NCBI GenBank assembly: GCA_902579825.1
Contig: CACHII010000002.1
Coordinates: forward strand, 15,820-79,819
Origin: an uncultured SAR86 cluster bacterium
GTDB lineage: Bacteria > Pseudomonadota > Gammaproteobacteria > Magnimaribacterales > D2472
Direction: 5' to 3'
Length of the DNA stretch: 64,000 nucleotides
The notes beneath the pieces were generated by a model. That model had not been told where the DNA came from, ran no database searches, and worked only from the letters and a program-made list of their open reading frames with translations. Shown piece after piece: positions 20,597 to 30,502 of this stretch (the stretch's first letter is position 1; each line of letters begins with the position of its first letter). A program made the position numbers and the translations under genes.

Positions 20597-21073
20597 ATGA
20601 GTAGAGTTCCACTTACAAAAGAAGGAGAGGCTTTAATTAAAGAAAAATTATATAACTTAAAGTTTGTTGAAAGGCCTCAAATATCAGAAGCAATTGCTGA
20701 AGCAAGAGCGCATGGTGATTTAAAAGAAAATGCAGAGTATCACGCAGCAAAAGAGCTTCAAGGTTTGATAGAAGCAAAAATTACTGAAATGGAGAATGCA
20801 ATAGTAAATGCTCAGGTTATTGATGTTAAAGATATTCCCGAAACTGGAAGAGTGATTTTCGGATCTACTGTAAAAGTATATGACAGCGATAATGATTTGA
20901 AATTAACTTATAAGATTGTTGGTAATCTTGAATCCGATCCCAACAATGGACATATTTCTATTGAAACGCCCATAGCAAAAGGTTTAATTGGTAAATTTGT
21001 TGACGATGAAATTAAAATTCAAACTCCATCTGGTGATTTAAATTATGAGGTCCTTGAAGTAAAACATATCTAA
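20597..21073 (+). CDS. greA: transcription elongation factor GreA
   Basis: MSRVPLTKEG...AEARAHGDLKENAEYHAAKE... is colinear with E. coli GreA. The ORF-track start 20525 lies inside carB and is unlikely. Confidence 0.9.
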   Translation: MSRVPLTKEGEALIKEKLYNLKFVERPQISEAIAEARAHGDLKENAEYHAAKELQGLIEAKITEMENAIVNAQVIDVKDIPETGRVIFGSTVKVYDSDNDLKLTYKIVGNLESDPNNGHISIETPIAKGLIGKFVDDEIKIQTPSGDLNYEVLEVKHI

Positions 21074-21636
21074 TGGTGTATTTGGATAACTGGGCTTTAA
21101 AAGCAAAACAGATGGGTTATCGATCAAGAGCGGTTTTTAAGTTAGAAGAAATATTTAACAAAACAAGAACCAATAGCTTTAAGTATGTTTTAGATTTAGG
21201 TTCATCTCCAGGTGCTTGGTCACAATTTATTTTAAAAAAAAATTCTAATGCAAATGTGTTTGCTCTTGACATATTGGATATGGAACCAATCGAAGGGGTA
21301 AAATTTTTTAAACAAGATATTGAACAGATTTATAATATTCCTCAGATTTTTAAATTAAAAGATAATTTTAATCTTGTAATATCTGATATAGCCCCCAACT
21401 TGAGTGGTATTAAGCTAATTGATAATAAAAATATTTTTGATTTAAATAAATTAACTATTGATATAGCATCTGATTTTTTATGTAGGGATGGAATACTAAT
21501 TATGAAAACCTTTCAAAATAATTTTTTGAAAACATTAAGAAAAGATATGGAATTATCCTTTAAGATAGTTCAAACTTATAAACCTGCTGCATCAAAAAAA
21601 AAATCAGGTGAAATATATTTGTATGGAGAAAAATAA
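21073..21636 (+). CDS. rlmE: 23S rRNA U2552 2'-O-methyltransferase RlmE (FtsJ)
   Basis: YRSRAVFKLEEI and the SAM motif VLDLGSSPGAWSQ. Sits in the greA-rlmE-ftsH context. The N-terminus is about 20 aa shorter than in E. coli. Confidence 0.85.
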   Translation: MVYLDNWALKAKQMGYRSRAVFKLEEIFNKTRTNSFKYVLDLGSSPGAWSQFILKKNSNANVFALDILDMEPIEGVKFFKQDIEQIYNIPQIFKLKDNFNLVISDIAPNLSGIKLIDNKNIFDLNKLTIDIASDFLCRDGILIMKTFQNNFLKTLRKDMELSFKIVQTYKPAASKKKSGEIYLYGEK

Positions 21637-21639
21637 TAA

Positions 21640-23547
21640 ATGAGTAGTTTTTTAAGAAATATAATTGTTTGGGTAGCCTTAGGCTCATTAATGGTCTATG
21701 TTTTTAATAACATAGATAATTCATCTGCAAGAGAGCAAATTAGTTATAGCCAGTTCAAAGAAGAAGTTCTATCTGACAGAATAGCTAAGGTTGTATACAA
21801 AGGTGATCAGATGACAATAATCGGAGATCGTCTTGATGGTTCTAAATTTGAAACGACTCACCCCATCTTTAAAAGAGATGAAGCTGTTGAAAACGCAATT
21901 GAGCAAAATGGGATAATTGCTGAATATGAGAAGATTGAACAACCATCTATCTTTTCACAACTACTTGTTGGGGCTTTCCCAATAATTCTATTATTGGCAA
22001 TTTTCTTCTTTTTTATGAGACAGATGCAAGGAGGTATGTCTGGAAAAGGCGGTCCAATGTCATTTGGAAGAAGTAAAGCTAAATTAATGGAGGGAGGAAA
22101 AGTTAAAACTACCTTTAAAGATGTTGCCGGTTGTGAAGAAGCAAAACAAGATGTTCAAGAGCTTATAGATTTTTTAAAGGATCCAACCAAATTTCAGAAA
22201 CTTGGTGGAAAAATACCAAGAGGTGTCTTGATGGTAGGTCCTCCAGGAACAGGTAAAACTCTAATTGCAAGAGCTTGTGCCGGAGAGGCTAAGGTACCTT
22301 TTTTTACTATTTCTGGTTCAGATTTTGTTGAAATGTTTGTTGGTGTTGGAGCTTCAAGAGTAAGGGATATGTTTGATCAAGCAAAGAAACAAGCACCTTG
22401 TATTGTCTTCATAGATGAAATTGATGCTGTTGGAAGACACAGGGGGGCTGGCCTTGGTGGAGGTCATGATGAAAGGGAACAAACACTCAATCAATTACTA
22501 GTTGAGATGGACGGCTTTGAAGGAAATGATGGCGTTATTGTTATAGCTGCAACTAATAGGCCAGATGTTCTTGATCCAGCACTTCTTAGACCTGGAAGGT
22601 TTGATAGACAAGTTGTAGTTGATTTACCTGACATTAGAGGCAGGGAAGCAATATTAAAAGTCCACATGAGAAAAGTTCCTCTTGCTTCAGATGTTGATCC
22701 ACTTGTTATTGCAAGAGGTACACCTGGTTTTTCTGGAGCAGACTTAGCAAATCTAATTAATGAGGCAGCACTTTTTGCAGCTAGATATTCTGATAAAAAA
22801 ATTGACCAGTCTCACCTTGATCTTGCTAAAGATAAAATCATGATGGGCGCTGAAAGAAAATCTATGATTTTAAGTGAGGAACAGAAGAGAATTACTGCCT
22901 ATCATGAGGCCGGGCACGCGATTGTTGGTAGGCTATGCCCAACTCATGATCCTGTATATAAAGTAACAATCATTCCTAGAGGAAGAGCATTGGGAGTAAC
23001 AATGTTTTTACCTGAGGAGGATACTTATATGCAAAGCAAGGAGTATCTTCTAGGAAGAATTGCTACTCTTTTTGGCGGAAGGATTGCAGAAAGTATTATT
23101 AATGGTAATCAAGGTATTACTACTGGAGCTTCAAATGATATTGAGGTAGCCACAGGTATTGCAACCAATATGGTAACAAAGTGGGGTTTTTCTGATTCAT
23201 TGGGCACTATCAAATATGGTGAAGATGAAGGTAGCCCATTCTTAGGTAGATCTGTATCAAATCCTGCTCCAACTAGAAGTGAAGAAACATCAAAATTAAT
23301 TGATTCTGAAGTGAAGTCGATTATCGATTCATGCTACAAGAGAGCTGAGAAATTGTTAAAAGAAAACTTGGATAAACTGAATGTCATGGCTGATGCACTT
23401 TTAAAGTATGAAACCATTGATGCAAACCAAATTGATGACATTATGGCTGGTGCAACCCCAAGGGAGCCTGAGGGTTGGTCTGATGACAAGCCAACTGGTA
23501 AATCAAATAAAAAAACTTCAATAAAAGGTGCGGCAGAGGAGTTATAA
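21640..23547 (+). CDS. ftsH: ATP-dependent zinc metalloprotease FtsH
   Basis: Two N-terminal TM segments, Walker A GPPGTGKT, the SRH, and the zinc motif HEAGHAIV. Confidence 0.97.
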   Translation: MSSFLRNIIVWVALGSLMVYVFNNIDNSSAREQISYSQFKEEVLSDRIAKVVYKGDQMTIIGDRLDGSKFETTHPIFKRDEAVENAIEQNGIIAEYEKIEQPSIFSQLLVGAFPIILLLAIFFFFMRQMQGGMSGKGGPMSFGRSKAKLMEGGKVKTTFKDVAGCEEAKQDVQELIDFLKDPTKFQKLGGKIPRGVLMVGPPGTGKTLIARACAGEAKVPFFTISGSDFVEMFVGVGASRVRDMFDQAKKQAPCIVFIDEIDAVGRHRGAGLGGGHDEREQTLNQLLVEMDGFEGNDGVIVIAATNRPDVLDPALLRPGRFDRQVVVDLPDIRGREAILKVHMRKVPLASDVDPLVIARGTPGFSGADLANLINEAALFAARYSDKKIDQSHLDLAKDKIMMGAERKSMILSEEQKRITAYHEAGHAIVGRLCPTHDPVYKVTIIPRGRALGVTMFLPEEDTYMQSKEYLLGRIATLFGGRIAESIINGNQGITTGASNDIEVATGIATNMVTKWGFSDSLGTIKYGEDEGSPFLGRSVSNPAPTRSEETSKLIDSEVKSIIDSCYKRAEKLLKENLDKLNVMADALLKYETIDANQIDDIMAGATPREPEGWSDDKPTGKSNKKTSIKGAAEEL

Positions 23548-23556
23548 TTCTCCCTC

Positions 23557-24879
23557 ATGAATTTAAAATTTGGCACCGATGGGATTAGGGGACCCGTCGA
23601 AAGTGTTATAACCCCTGAAGCCTGTCTTAAAATTGGACATGCTACCGGCCTAGTAATGAAAGAACTAGGCTGGAAGACCGTAGTAATTGGAAAGGATACT
23701 CGTTTATCAGGATATATGCTTGAATCGGCTTTACAGGCTGGTTTTATAGCTGCTGGAGTAAATGTGAGACTTTTGGGTCCTCTCCCAACTCCAGGCGTAG
23801 CATACTTAACAAAAACCTTAAGAAACAAGTTTGGCGTTGTGATCAGCGCTTCACATAATGACTTTTTAGATAATGGAATAAAAATTTTTAATGAAGATGG
23901 AGAAAAAATATCCAGAGACATTGAAAAAAGAATCGAAAAGTACCTTTCAATAGAATTAATTCCTGTCGAAACCTCTGCAATTGGAAAAGCATATAGGTTT
24001 GATGAATCTGGACCAAGGTATATTGAATTTTGTAAATCTACTGTGCCTTCAAACTTATCATTTGCATCTTTAAGAATTGTTTTAGATTGTGCAAATGGAG
24101 CATGCTATAAAGTTAGCCCTGAAATATTTGAAGAGCTTGGTGCAGAAGTAATTACAATTGGAAATGAGCCAGATGGCTACAATATTAATCAAAATTGCGG
24201 TTCAACTCATCCAGAATTTGTAAAAGAGGAGGTGGTTAAACATAGAGCTGATTTTGGAATTTCTCTTGATGGAGATGGCGACAGAGTAATTTTAGTAGAC
24301 GAAAAGGGTAATCTTCTTGATGGGGATGACTTAATTTACATCCTAGCGTTTTCAAATCCTAATAGAACAGGATCATGGGCTGGTGTTGTAGGAACCAAGA
24401 TGAGTAATTTAGGGTTAGAACAAGGACTTCAAGAGCTAGGTTATAAGTTTGAAAGAGCTGATGTTGGGGATAAATATGTCAGTGAGATGTTATCAAAAAA
24501 GGGTTGGTTGCTTGGTGGTGAAGCATCTGGCCACATCATATGCAAAGATCTTGTGAGCACTGGAGACGGAACCATTGCTGCACTAAAAGTAATATCATCT
24601 TTGCTTCTTTTAGGTAAAAAACCATCTGAAGTACTTTCAAATTTCACTAAAATTCCACAAATCAACAAGGCTGTAACTGTTTCTAACAAAGATATTATTA
24701 ATGACAAAGATTTAAAATTATTGATCAAAGAGATTGAGAGCGATATAACTGTTGGAAGGGTGCTTGTGAGAGCGTCAGGAACTGAGCCAAAGATTAGAAT
24801 TATGATTGAAGCACCAGAAGAGTCGGTAGCAATTAAGTTTGTAAATGATATTGAGAATTTAATCAGGTCAAAAATTTAA
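23557..24879 (+). CDS. glmM: phosphoglucosamine mutase
   Basis: FGTDGIRG, the phosphoserine loop SASHN, the metal loop DGDGDR and GEASGH. Confidence 0.95.
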   Translation: MNLKFGTDGIRGPVESVITPEACLKIGHATGLVMKELGWKTVVIGKDTRLSGYMLESALQAGFIAAGVNVRLLGPLPTPGVAYLTKTLRNKFGVVISASHNDFLDNGIKIFNEDGEKISRDIEKRIEKYLSIELIPVETSAIGKAYRFDESGPRYIEFCKSTVPSNLSFASLRIVLDCANGACYKVSPEIFEELGAEVITIGNEPDGYNINQNCGSTHPEFVKEEVVKHRADFGISLDGDGDRVILVDEKGNLLDGDDLIYILAFSNPNRTGSWAGVVGTKMSNLGLEQGLQELGYKFERADVGDKYVSEMLSKKGWLLGGEASGHIICKDLVSTGDGTIAALKVISSLLLLGKKPSEVLSNFTKIPQINKAVTVSNKDIINDKDLKLLIKEIESDITVGRVLVRASGTEPKIRIMIEAPEESVAIKFVNDIENLIRSKI

Positions 24880-25646
24880 TGATTATTGCCAATTGGAAAT
24901 CAAACGGAGGGTTAATGATGATCCAGGATTGGACTTCTGATTTTATTAATTCATGCTCACCCAAAGATTTTTATGTTGGAATAGCCCCCCCTGTAATTTA
25001 TATTTCTGATTTCAGTTTATTGGAATGGGATTTGGATACACTTAAAGAAAAATCAAACAATAAAATTTGGGATATTAATATTGGTGCCCAAGACATAGAT
25101 CATTTGTCTGGCTCTAGAACAGGAACTGTATCTATTAGAATGTTTGAAGAATTTGGTATAGATTTTGCAATTATTGGTCATTCTGAACGAAGAGAGTTTT
25201 TCAATGAAGATAATGATTTAATAAAACAAAAAATCATTGCTCTAAATAATAGTAATATAAAAACAAAGATATTATGTATTGGAGAGACTAAAGAAGAAAA
25301 CGATAAAGGCATTACAAAAGATATACTCAAAAATCAGCTTGAAGTAGTTGATGCTATGGAGCTAGAAAATTTTATAATAGCTTATGAACCGGTTTGGGCA
25401 ATCGGAAGCGGATTAACCCCACATCCAAAAGATATAAATGAAATACATAAATATATTAAAGATGTTGTACAATCCAATTCTGCAAATAAGCTTATACCAA
25501 AAGTTTTATATGGTGGAAGCGTTACAGATAAAAATGCTGAAAGCTTTTTTAAGGAAGAATTTGTAGATGGCGCACTGGTTGGAGGAGCATCGCTTGATGG
25601 TAAAACCTTTGCAAATATAGTAAATATTTATAATAGTACAAAATAG
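24879..25646 (+). CDS. tpiA: triosephosphate isomerase
   Basis: NWK, GHSERR, YEPVWAIGSG and GGAS motifs. TAATG overlap with glmM. Confidence 0.9.
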   Translation: MIIANWKSNGGLMMIQDWTSDFINSCSPKDFYVGIAPPVIYISDFSLLEWDLDTLKEKSNNKIWDINIGAQDIDHLSGSRTGTVSIRMFEEFGIDFAIIGHSERREFFNEDNDLIKQKIIALNNSNIKTKILCIGETKEENDKGITKDILKNQLEVVDAMELENFIIAYEPVWAIGSGLTPHPKDINEIHKYIKDVVQSNSANKLIPKVLYGGSVTDKNAESFFKEEFVDGALVGGASLDGKTFANIVNIYNSTK

Positions 25647-25648
25647 AT

Positions 25649-25960
25649 ATGATAGTTTTGTTAACAGTAATTAATGTGATACTAACTGTTGTAATAATAG
25701 TTATGGTTTTGTTGCAACAAGGAAAGGGCTCTGATCTTGGTTCAGCATTTGGGGGCGGATCTTCCAATTCAATGTTTGGAGCCTTAGGGCCGTCAGATTT
25801 TTTAGGAAAATTAACATATGCGGTAGTTGCAATATGGTTAATTCTTTCTTTGCTTTTAGCATATTTATTAAAGACAGAAGATTCAGAAGACGTTTTTGAT
25901 ACTCCATTAATTGAAGAAGTCAAAGAGGAAGAGCTCTCTGATGAAATTCCATTAGATTAA
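25649..25960 (+). CDS. secG: preprotein translocase subunit SecG
   Basis: 103 aa with LLQQGKGSDLGSAFGGGSSNSMFG, the SecG signature. Confidence 0.9.
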   Translation: MIVLLTVINVILTVVIIVMVLLQQGKGSDLGSAFGGGSSNSMFGALGPSDFLGKLTYAVVAIWLILSLLLAYLLKTEDSEDVFDTPLIEEVKEEELSDEIPLD

Positions 25961-25970
25961 TTTACCCAAT

Positions 25971-26057
25971 TGGTGCCGAAGGCGGGACTTGAACCCGCAC
26001 GAGCTTTCGCTCACTAGCCCCTCAAGCTAGCGTGTCTACCAATTCCACCACTTCGGC
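25971..26057 (-). tRNA. tRNA-Leu (anticodon GAG), CCA encoded
   Basis: The reverse complement folds as GCCGAAG/CTTCGGC acceptor, anticodon loop TTGAGGG, long variable arm and GGTTCAAGTCC T-arm. Total 87 nt. It is close to E. coli leuU, which also follows secG. Confidence 0.9.
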
Positions 26058-26069
26058 TAAAAAAATGAG

Positions 26070-26078
26070 ATTATATCA
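26070..26078 (-). promoter_or_regulatory. candidate extended -10 promoter (TGATATAAT on the minus strand) for tRNA-Leu
   Basis: The reverse complement of 26070-26078 reads TGATATAAT and lies 12 nt upstream of the tRNA-Leu 5' end. Confidence 0.35.
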
Positions 26079-26108
26079 ATATTATGATTAGTCATATATA
26101 AAACTTAC

Positions 26109-26137
26109 TTGACCAATCATCGATACTTTCATAAACT
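26109..26137 (+). promoter_or_regulatory. candidate sigma70 promoter for the tRNA-fMet/rimP-nusA-infB operon
   Basis: TTGACC (26109-26114), a 17-nt spacer and TAAACT (26132-26137), followed by the GC-rich discriminator CGCTGCG just before the tRNA 5' end. Confidence 0.45.
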
Positions 26138-26152
26138 TCATGTTCGCTGCGT

Positions 26153-26229
<77 letters not shown>

Positions 26230-26250
26230 AAGTTATATATAAATTTTGTG

Positions 26251-26269
26251 GGGCATATGCCCTTTTTTT
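26251..26269 (+). terminator. weak intrinsic terminator/attenuator after tRNA-fMet
   Basis: GGGCATATGCCC palindrome (GGGC stem, 4-nt loop) followed by TTTTTTT. An analogous partial terminator separates metY from rimP in E. coli. Confidence 0.4.
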
Positions 26270-26278
26270 ATAGAAAAA

Positions 26279-26767
26279 ATGAATATAGAAGAATTAAATA
26301 ACATCGTTGAACCCGTAGTTACTAGAAATAAATGTATTTTATGGGGAATAGAGATTTTACGAGGTAAAAAAAGAAATACATTACGAGTTTTTATAGATTC
26401 TTATGACAATGTTGATATAAATGATTGCGAAAATATCTCTAAGGATCTTTCATACGAACCTTCTCTTGATATGTATTTTGGAGATGATTATATACTTGAA
26501 GTTTCCACACCAGGAATAGATAGAAAATTTTTTGATATTTCTCAGTTAAATGACTTTATTGGCGAAAATTTGGAGTTTAAGACAAAGGAGCTCATCAATG
26601 GTCAGCGAAAGTTTTCTGGTAAACTGACAGACTGTAATGATGTAACTTTCACAATAAAAGATATCAAAGAGCCTAATATCATGAAATTTAAGTTTGCCGA
26701 TCTGGATTTATGTAAACTTAAACCGAATTATAATAATTTAATAAAGGAACGTTCTCATGCAAAGTAA
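26279..26767 (+). CDS. rimP: ribosome maturation factor RimP
   Basis: Position between metY and nusA, plus the LEVSTPGIDR motif. I prefer ATG 26279 over the TTG at 26246, whose 5' extension covers the terminator hairpin. Confidence 0.85.
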   Translation: MNIEELNNIVEPVVTRNKCILWGIEILRGKKRNTLRVFIDSYDNVDINDCENISKDLSYEPSLDMYFGDDYILEVSTPGIDRKFFDISQLNDFIGENLEFKTKELINGQRKFSGKLTDCNDVTFTIKDIKEPNIMKFKFADLDLCKLKPNYNNLIKERSHAK

Positions 26768-28217
26768 TGAAATTTTAGCTGTTGTTGAATCAGTCTCAAC
26801 CGAGAAAGGTTTAGACAAAGATATAATTTTTGAAGCTATTGAAATTGCAATAGCATCGGCCTCTCAAAGGCATTTTCATGAAGATGCAGATCTTTTTGTA
26901 AGTATTAATAGAGATACTGGGGATTATACAACTCACAGAAACTGGATTGTATTTGAGGACACAAATGAAGAATTCCATCATGAAACTCATATAACTCCAG
27001 ATGAATCAAAAATGGAATTAGGAGCAATTTTTTCAAAAGAGCAAGATAATATTAAGTTTGGCAGAATTGAGACTCAAGCAGCTCGACAAGTTATGCTGCA
27101 AAAAGTTCGTGAAGCAGAAAGAAAGAAAATTGTTGAGCAATTTAGATCTCAACATAATAAATTAGTATCTGGATCAGTTAAAAGGGTCACAAGAGATAAT
27201 ATAATTGTTGATATTACCCAAGAAGCTGAAGCATTATTACCTAGAGATAGGTTGATGCCTGGCGAAATTTATAAAATTAATGATAGGATTAGAGCCATCT
27301 TGCAAATAGTTGAAGTTGAGGGAAGAGGGCCACAACTGATGTTGAATCGTTCATGTCCTGAAATGGTAACAGAATTGTTTAGTATTGAAGTACCAGAAAT
27401 CAACGAGGATATTATTGAAATTAGAGGTGTTGCAAGAGATGCTGGATCAAGATCAAAAATTGCTGTTAAGACTAATGATGGAAGAATTGATCCAGTTGGT
27501 GCATGTGTTGGCATGCGAGGTTCTAGAGTTCAGGCAGTTTCTTCTGAGCTAGGAAATGAAAGAATTGACATAATTATATATGACGACAATCCAGCGCAAT
27601 TAGTTATCAATGCATTATCTCCTGCAAAAGTTGAATCGATAGTTATGGATGAAGATTCAAGATCAATGGATATTGCAGTAAATGAAGATAATCTTGCTCT
27701 TGCTATTGGGTCTAGAGGACAAAACATAAGATTAGCTTCTAGACTTGTTGGTTGGGATTTAAATATTATCAGTAACGAAGAAGCTGAAGCAAAATTAAAA
27801 GTAGACGAGACTGAATTTTTAGCAAAAATAATTGACAGCTTGGAATTACAAGAGGACATTGCAGAAAAAATAATATCATATGGTTTTTCAACCTTTGATG
27901 ATATAGCTTACGCAGATAATAAGATTTTTAGTGAATTTATTGATTCTGAAGAAGAGATCAATAGGATCAAATCTGCATCTGAAGATGCTGCTCTACTTGA
28001 GGCTATGGGTGCTGTTACAGAAGAAGAGGATAATGTTGAGTCTTTAGCAGGACTTAATCTTGATGAAGACAATATTGTTAAATTAGCAAGCAAAGGAATT
28101 AAAAATAAAGATGATCTAGCAGAGCTTTCAATTGATGAGCTTCAAGAAATAATTGATATCACTGAAGATGATGCATCAAAGATGATTATGAAGGCTAGAG
28201 AGCATTGGTTTAATTAG
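26757..28217 (+). CDS. nusA: transcription termination/antitermination factor NusA
   Basis: 486 aa with an N-terminal domain, S1, two KH domains (GACVGMRGSRVQAV; AIGSRGQNIRLAS) and C-terminal acidic repeats. Confidence 0.95.
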   Translation: MQSNEILAVVESVSTEKGLDKDIIFEAIEIAIASASQRHFHEDADLFVSINRDTGDYTTHRNWIVFEDTNEEFHHETHITPDESKMELGAIFSKEQDNIKFGRIETQAARQVMLQKVREAERKKIVEQFRSQHNKLVSGSVKRVTRDNIIVDITQEAEALLPRDRLMPGEIYKINDRIRAILQIVEVEGRGPQLMLNRSCPEMVTELFSIEVPEINEDIIEIRGVARDAGSRSKIAVKTNDGRIDPVGACVGMRGSRVQAVSSELGNERIDIIIYDDNPAQLVINALSPAKVESIVMDEDSRSMDIAVNEDNLALAIGSRGQNIRLASRLVGWDLNIISNEEAEAKLKVDETEFLAKIIDSLELQEDIAEKIISYGFSTFDDIAYADNKIFSEFIDSEEEINRIKSASEDAALLEAMGAVTEEEDNVESLAGLNLDEDNIVKLASKGIKNKDDLAELSIDELQEIIDITEDDASKMIMKAREHWFN

Positions 28218-28229
28218 TAAGGAGATATT

Positions 28230-30497
28230 TTGACAATAACTGTAAAAGATTTTGCAAAAACTTTGAAGATATCTAATGAAGCTCTTTTGCAGAGAATGCA
28301 AAAAGCTGGATTAAGTCATTCGAAAGATACTGATGAGATTACTCCAACAGATAAGCAGGCTCTACTAAAATCATTAAAAGCCGTATCAAAATCAAAATCT
28401 AAATCTGTTACATCTGAATCTGGAGTCAAAGTAACTTCAAAAGGTAAATCCTCATCTGCTATAAGCGCAACGAAAAATTATTCTGATGATATAGAGGCTA
28501 AAAGGGCTGCTGCTTCAGAGCAACTCAAAGAGCAGCAAATTAAAAGAGAAGAACAATTAAAAGCAGCTATTAAAGAAAAACAAACTCATAAAAAGAAACA
28601 ATATAAAACAGCCAAAGACTCAAGTGCTGCTGAAAAAGTTGATGTTAAAGATCAACTTTCTAGTGCAGTAAATGCATATAAAAAGAAAGAGCAGAATTTT
28701 GTTACAGATTCTCAACATCAGTTTGAAGCTCCAAAGGAATTTATAAAAAAAGATATAGAGGTTCCTGAAACTATTCAGGTTGGAGAACTTGCAAAGTTAA
28801 TGGCTGTAAAAGGTGGAGAGGTTGTAAAGAATCTTATGAGCCTTGGAACTATGGCTACAACGAATGATATTATCGACCAAGATACTGCTATCTTAGTTGT
28901 AGATGAAATTGGACATAACGGAATTCCTATTCAGCTAGATAATTTTGAAGAAGATTTAGCTAGTTTAATCGAGTATAAAGATAAACCTAAATCAAGACCT
29001 CCCGTGATTACTGTTATGGGTCATGTTGATCATGGAAAAACTACATTATTAGATTACATAAGAAAGACCAAGGTTGTTGATGGTGAGGCGGGAGGTATAA
29101 CCCAACATATTGGAGCTTATCAAGTTCAGACCTCAAAAGGATTACTTACTTTTATAGATACGCCAGGCCACGCTGCTTTTTCTTCAATGAGAGCAAGAGG
29201 AGCAAATACTACAGATATCGTTATTTTAGTTGTTGCTGCAAATGACGGAATCAAACCTCAAACCGAAGAAGCAATTAACCATGCAAAAGCAGCTGATGTA
29301 TCAATTGTTGTTGCTATTAACAAAATAGATCTAGAGGGTTCTGACGTAGAAAAAGTTAAGGGTGACTTAGCTGCAAAAGATTTAACACCAGAGGACTGGG
29401 GTGGAAATATTCAAATGGTCCCAGTTTCTGCGCTAAAAGGAGATGGGATTGACGATTTATTAGAGAGGGTTTCACTTGAAGCTGAAATTTTGGAACTTAA
29501 TGCACACTATGAGGGTCCTGCTCAAGGTGTTGTAATAGAATCAGAATTAGATAAATTTAGAGGTTCAGTCGCAACATTTTTAGTACAAAATGGGACATTA
29601 AAGGTAGGAGATTTAGTTGTTTCAGGTAATGCAACTGGAAAAATCAAAAGTATAGTCAATAGTGATGGCAAAAAAATTAAAACTGCAACTCCGTCAGCTG
29701 CAGTTGAAATTTTAGGTTTAAATTCTGTTCCAAATGCTGGAGATCAATTTCAGGTTGTTTTAAATGAAAAGCAAGCCAAAGAGATCACGGAATACAGAGC
29801 CACAAAAGAAAAAGAAAAAAAACTTCTCAAACAAAAAGATGATACAGCAGGTGATTTATTTGAGTCTTTAGGACAAGAGGCAAAAAAAACATTAAATGTA
29901 ATTGTTAAAACGGATGTTGGAGGAACATGCGAAGCAATATTAGCTGCACTTAATGATCTAAGTACAGAAAAAGCTAAGGTAAAAATTGTATCAAGCGGCG
30001 TTGGTGGAATTAGTGAATCTGATGCAAATTTAGCTATAGCAGTTGATTCAATAATAATTGGTTTTAATGTAAGAGCAGATAATACTGCAAAAAAAATAAT
30101 TGAAGCTGAAGAAATACATTTAAGTTATCACAGTATTATCTATGAATTATTGGATGATATTAAATCAAGAATGAGTGGATTATTAGATCCAATTATTAAA
30201 GAAGAAATTATTGGAACAGCTGAAGTCTTAGAAGTCTTCAATTCTCCAAAATTTGGTCAGGTTGCTGGTTGTAATATTATAGAAGGAAATGTGTTGAGAA
30301 ATAAGCCTGTAAGAGTTTTAAGAGATGAAATTGTAATTTTTGAGGGCGAACTAAATTCACTTAGACGATTTAAAGAAGATGTTAATGAAGTTAAAAATGG
30401 TAATGAATGCGGAATGGGCATTAAAAACTATAAAGATATTAGACCCGGCGACAAAATTGAGGTTTTTGATAGAAAAGAAGAAGCTCAAGTATTATAG
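28230..30497 (+). CDS. infB: translation initiation factor IF-2 (TTG start)
   Basis: G-domain motifs GHVDHGKTTLLD, DTPGH and NKID. AAGGAG lies 5 nt upstream of TTG 28230. Confidence 0.97.
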   Translation: MTITVKDFAKTLKISNEALLQRMQKAGLSHSKDTDEITPTDKQALLKSLKAVSKSKSKSVTSESGVKVTSKGKSSSAISATKNYSDDIEAKRAAASEQLKEQQIKREEQLKAAIKEKQTHKKKQYKTAKDSSAAEKVDVKDQLSSAVNAYKKKEQNFVTDSQHQFEAPKEFIKKDIEVPETIQVGELAKLMAVKGGEVVKNLMSLGTMATTNDIIDQDTAILVVDEIGHNGIPIQLDNFEEDLASLIEYKDKPKSRPPVITVMGHVDHGKTTLLDYIRKTKVVDGEAGGITQHIGAYQVQTSKGLLTFIDTPGHAAFSSMRARGANTTDIVILVVAANDGIKPQTEEAINHAKAADVSIVVAINKIDLEGSDVEKVKGDLAAKDLTPEDWGGNIQMVPVSALKGDGIDDLLERVSLEAEILELNAHYEGPAQGVVIESELDKFRGSVATFLVQNGTLKVGDLVVSGNATGKIKSIVNSDGKKIKTATPSAAVEILGLNSVPNAGDQFQVVLNEKQAKEITEYRATKEKEKKLLKQKDDTAGDLFESLGQEAKKTLNVIVKTDVGGTCEAILAALNDLSTEKAKVKIVSSGVGGISESDANLAIAVDSIIIGFNVRADNTAKKIIEAEEIHLSYHSIIYELLDDIKSRMSGLLDPIIKEEIIGTAEVLEVFNSPKFGQVAGCNIIEGNVLRNKPVRVLRDEIVIFEGELNSLRRFKEDVNEVKNGNECGMGIKNYKDIRPGDKIEVFDRKEEAQVL

Positions 30498-30502
30498 GAC
30501 CT

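Noticed and set aside
21594-21603. An A10 homopolymer inside rlmE (coding KKK) and an A9 run at the prmC start (41981-41989), considered as slippage or phase-variation sites.
   Set aside because: Poly-A runs encoding Lys are expected in an AT-rich genome. Both genes are intact and in frame, and nothing suggests switching.
23334-23921. A 195-aa minus-strand ORF spanning the ftsH/glmM junction. Similar long antisense ORFs occur at 5413-5814 (pepA), 12046-12387 (dapD), 25549-25923 (tpiA/secG), 27530-27859 (nusA), 47505-47843 (gatB), 56511-56807 (rpoN) and 61310-61699 (murA).
   Set aside because: All lie fully antisense to strongly supported conserved genes. Their composition is Ser/Pro/Phe/Leu-rich and junk-like, with no recognisable motifs and no SD. 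They are typical shadow ORFs.
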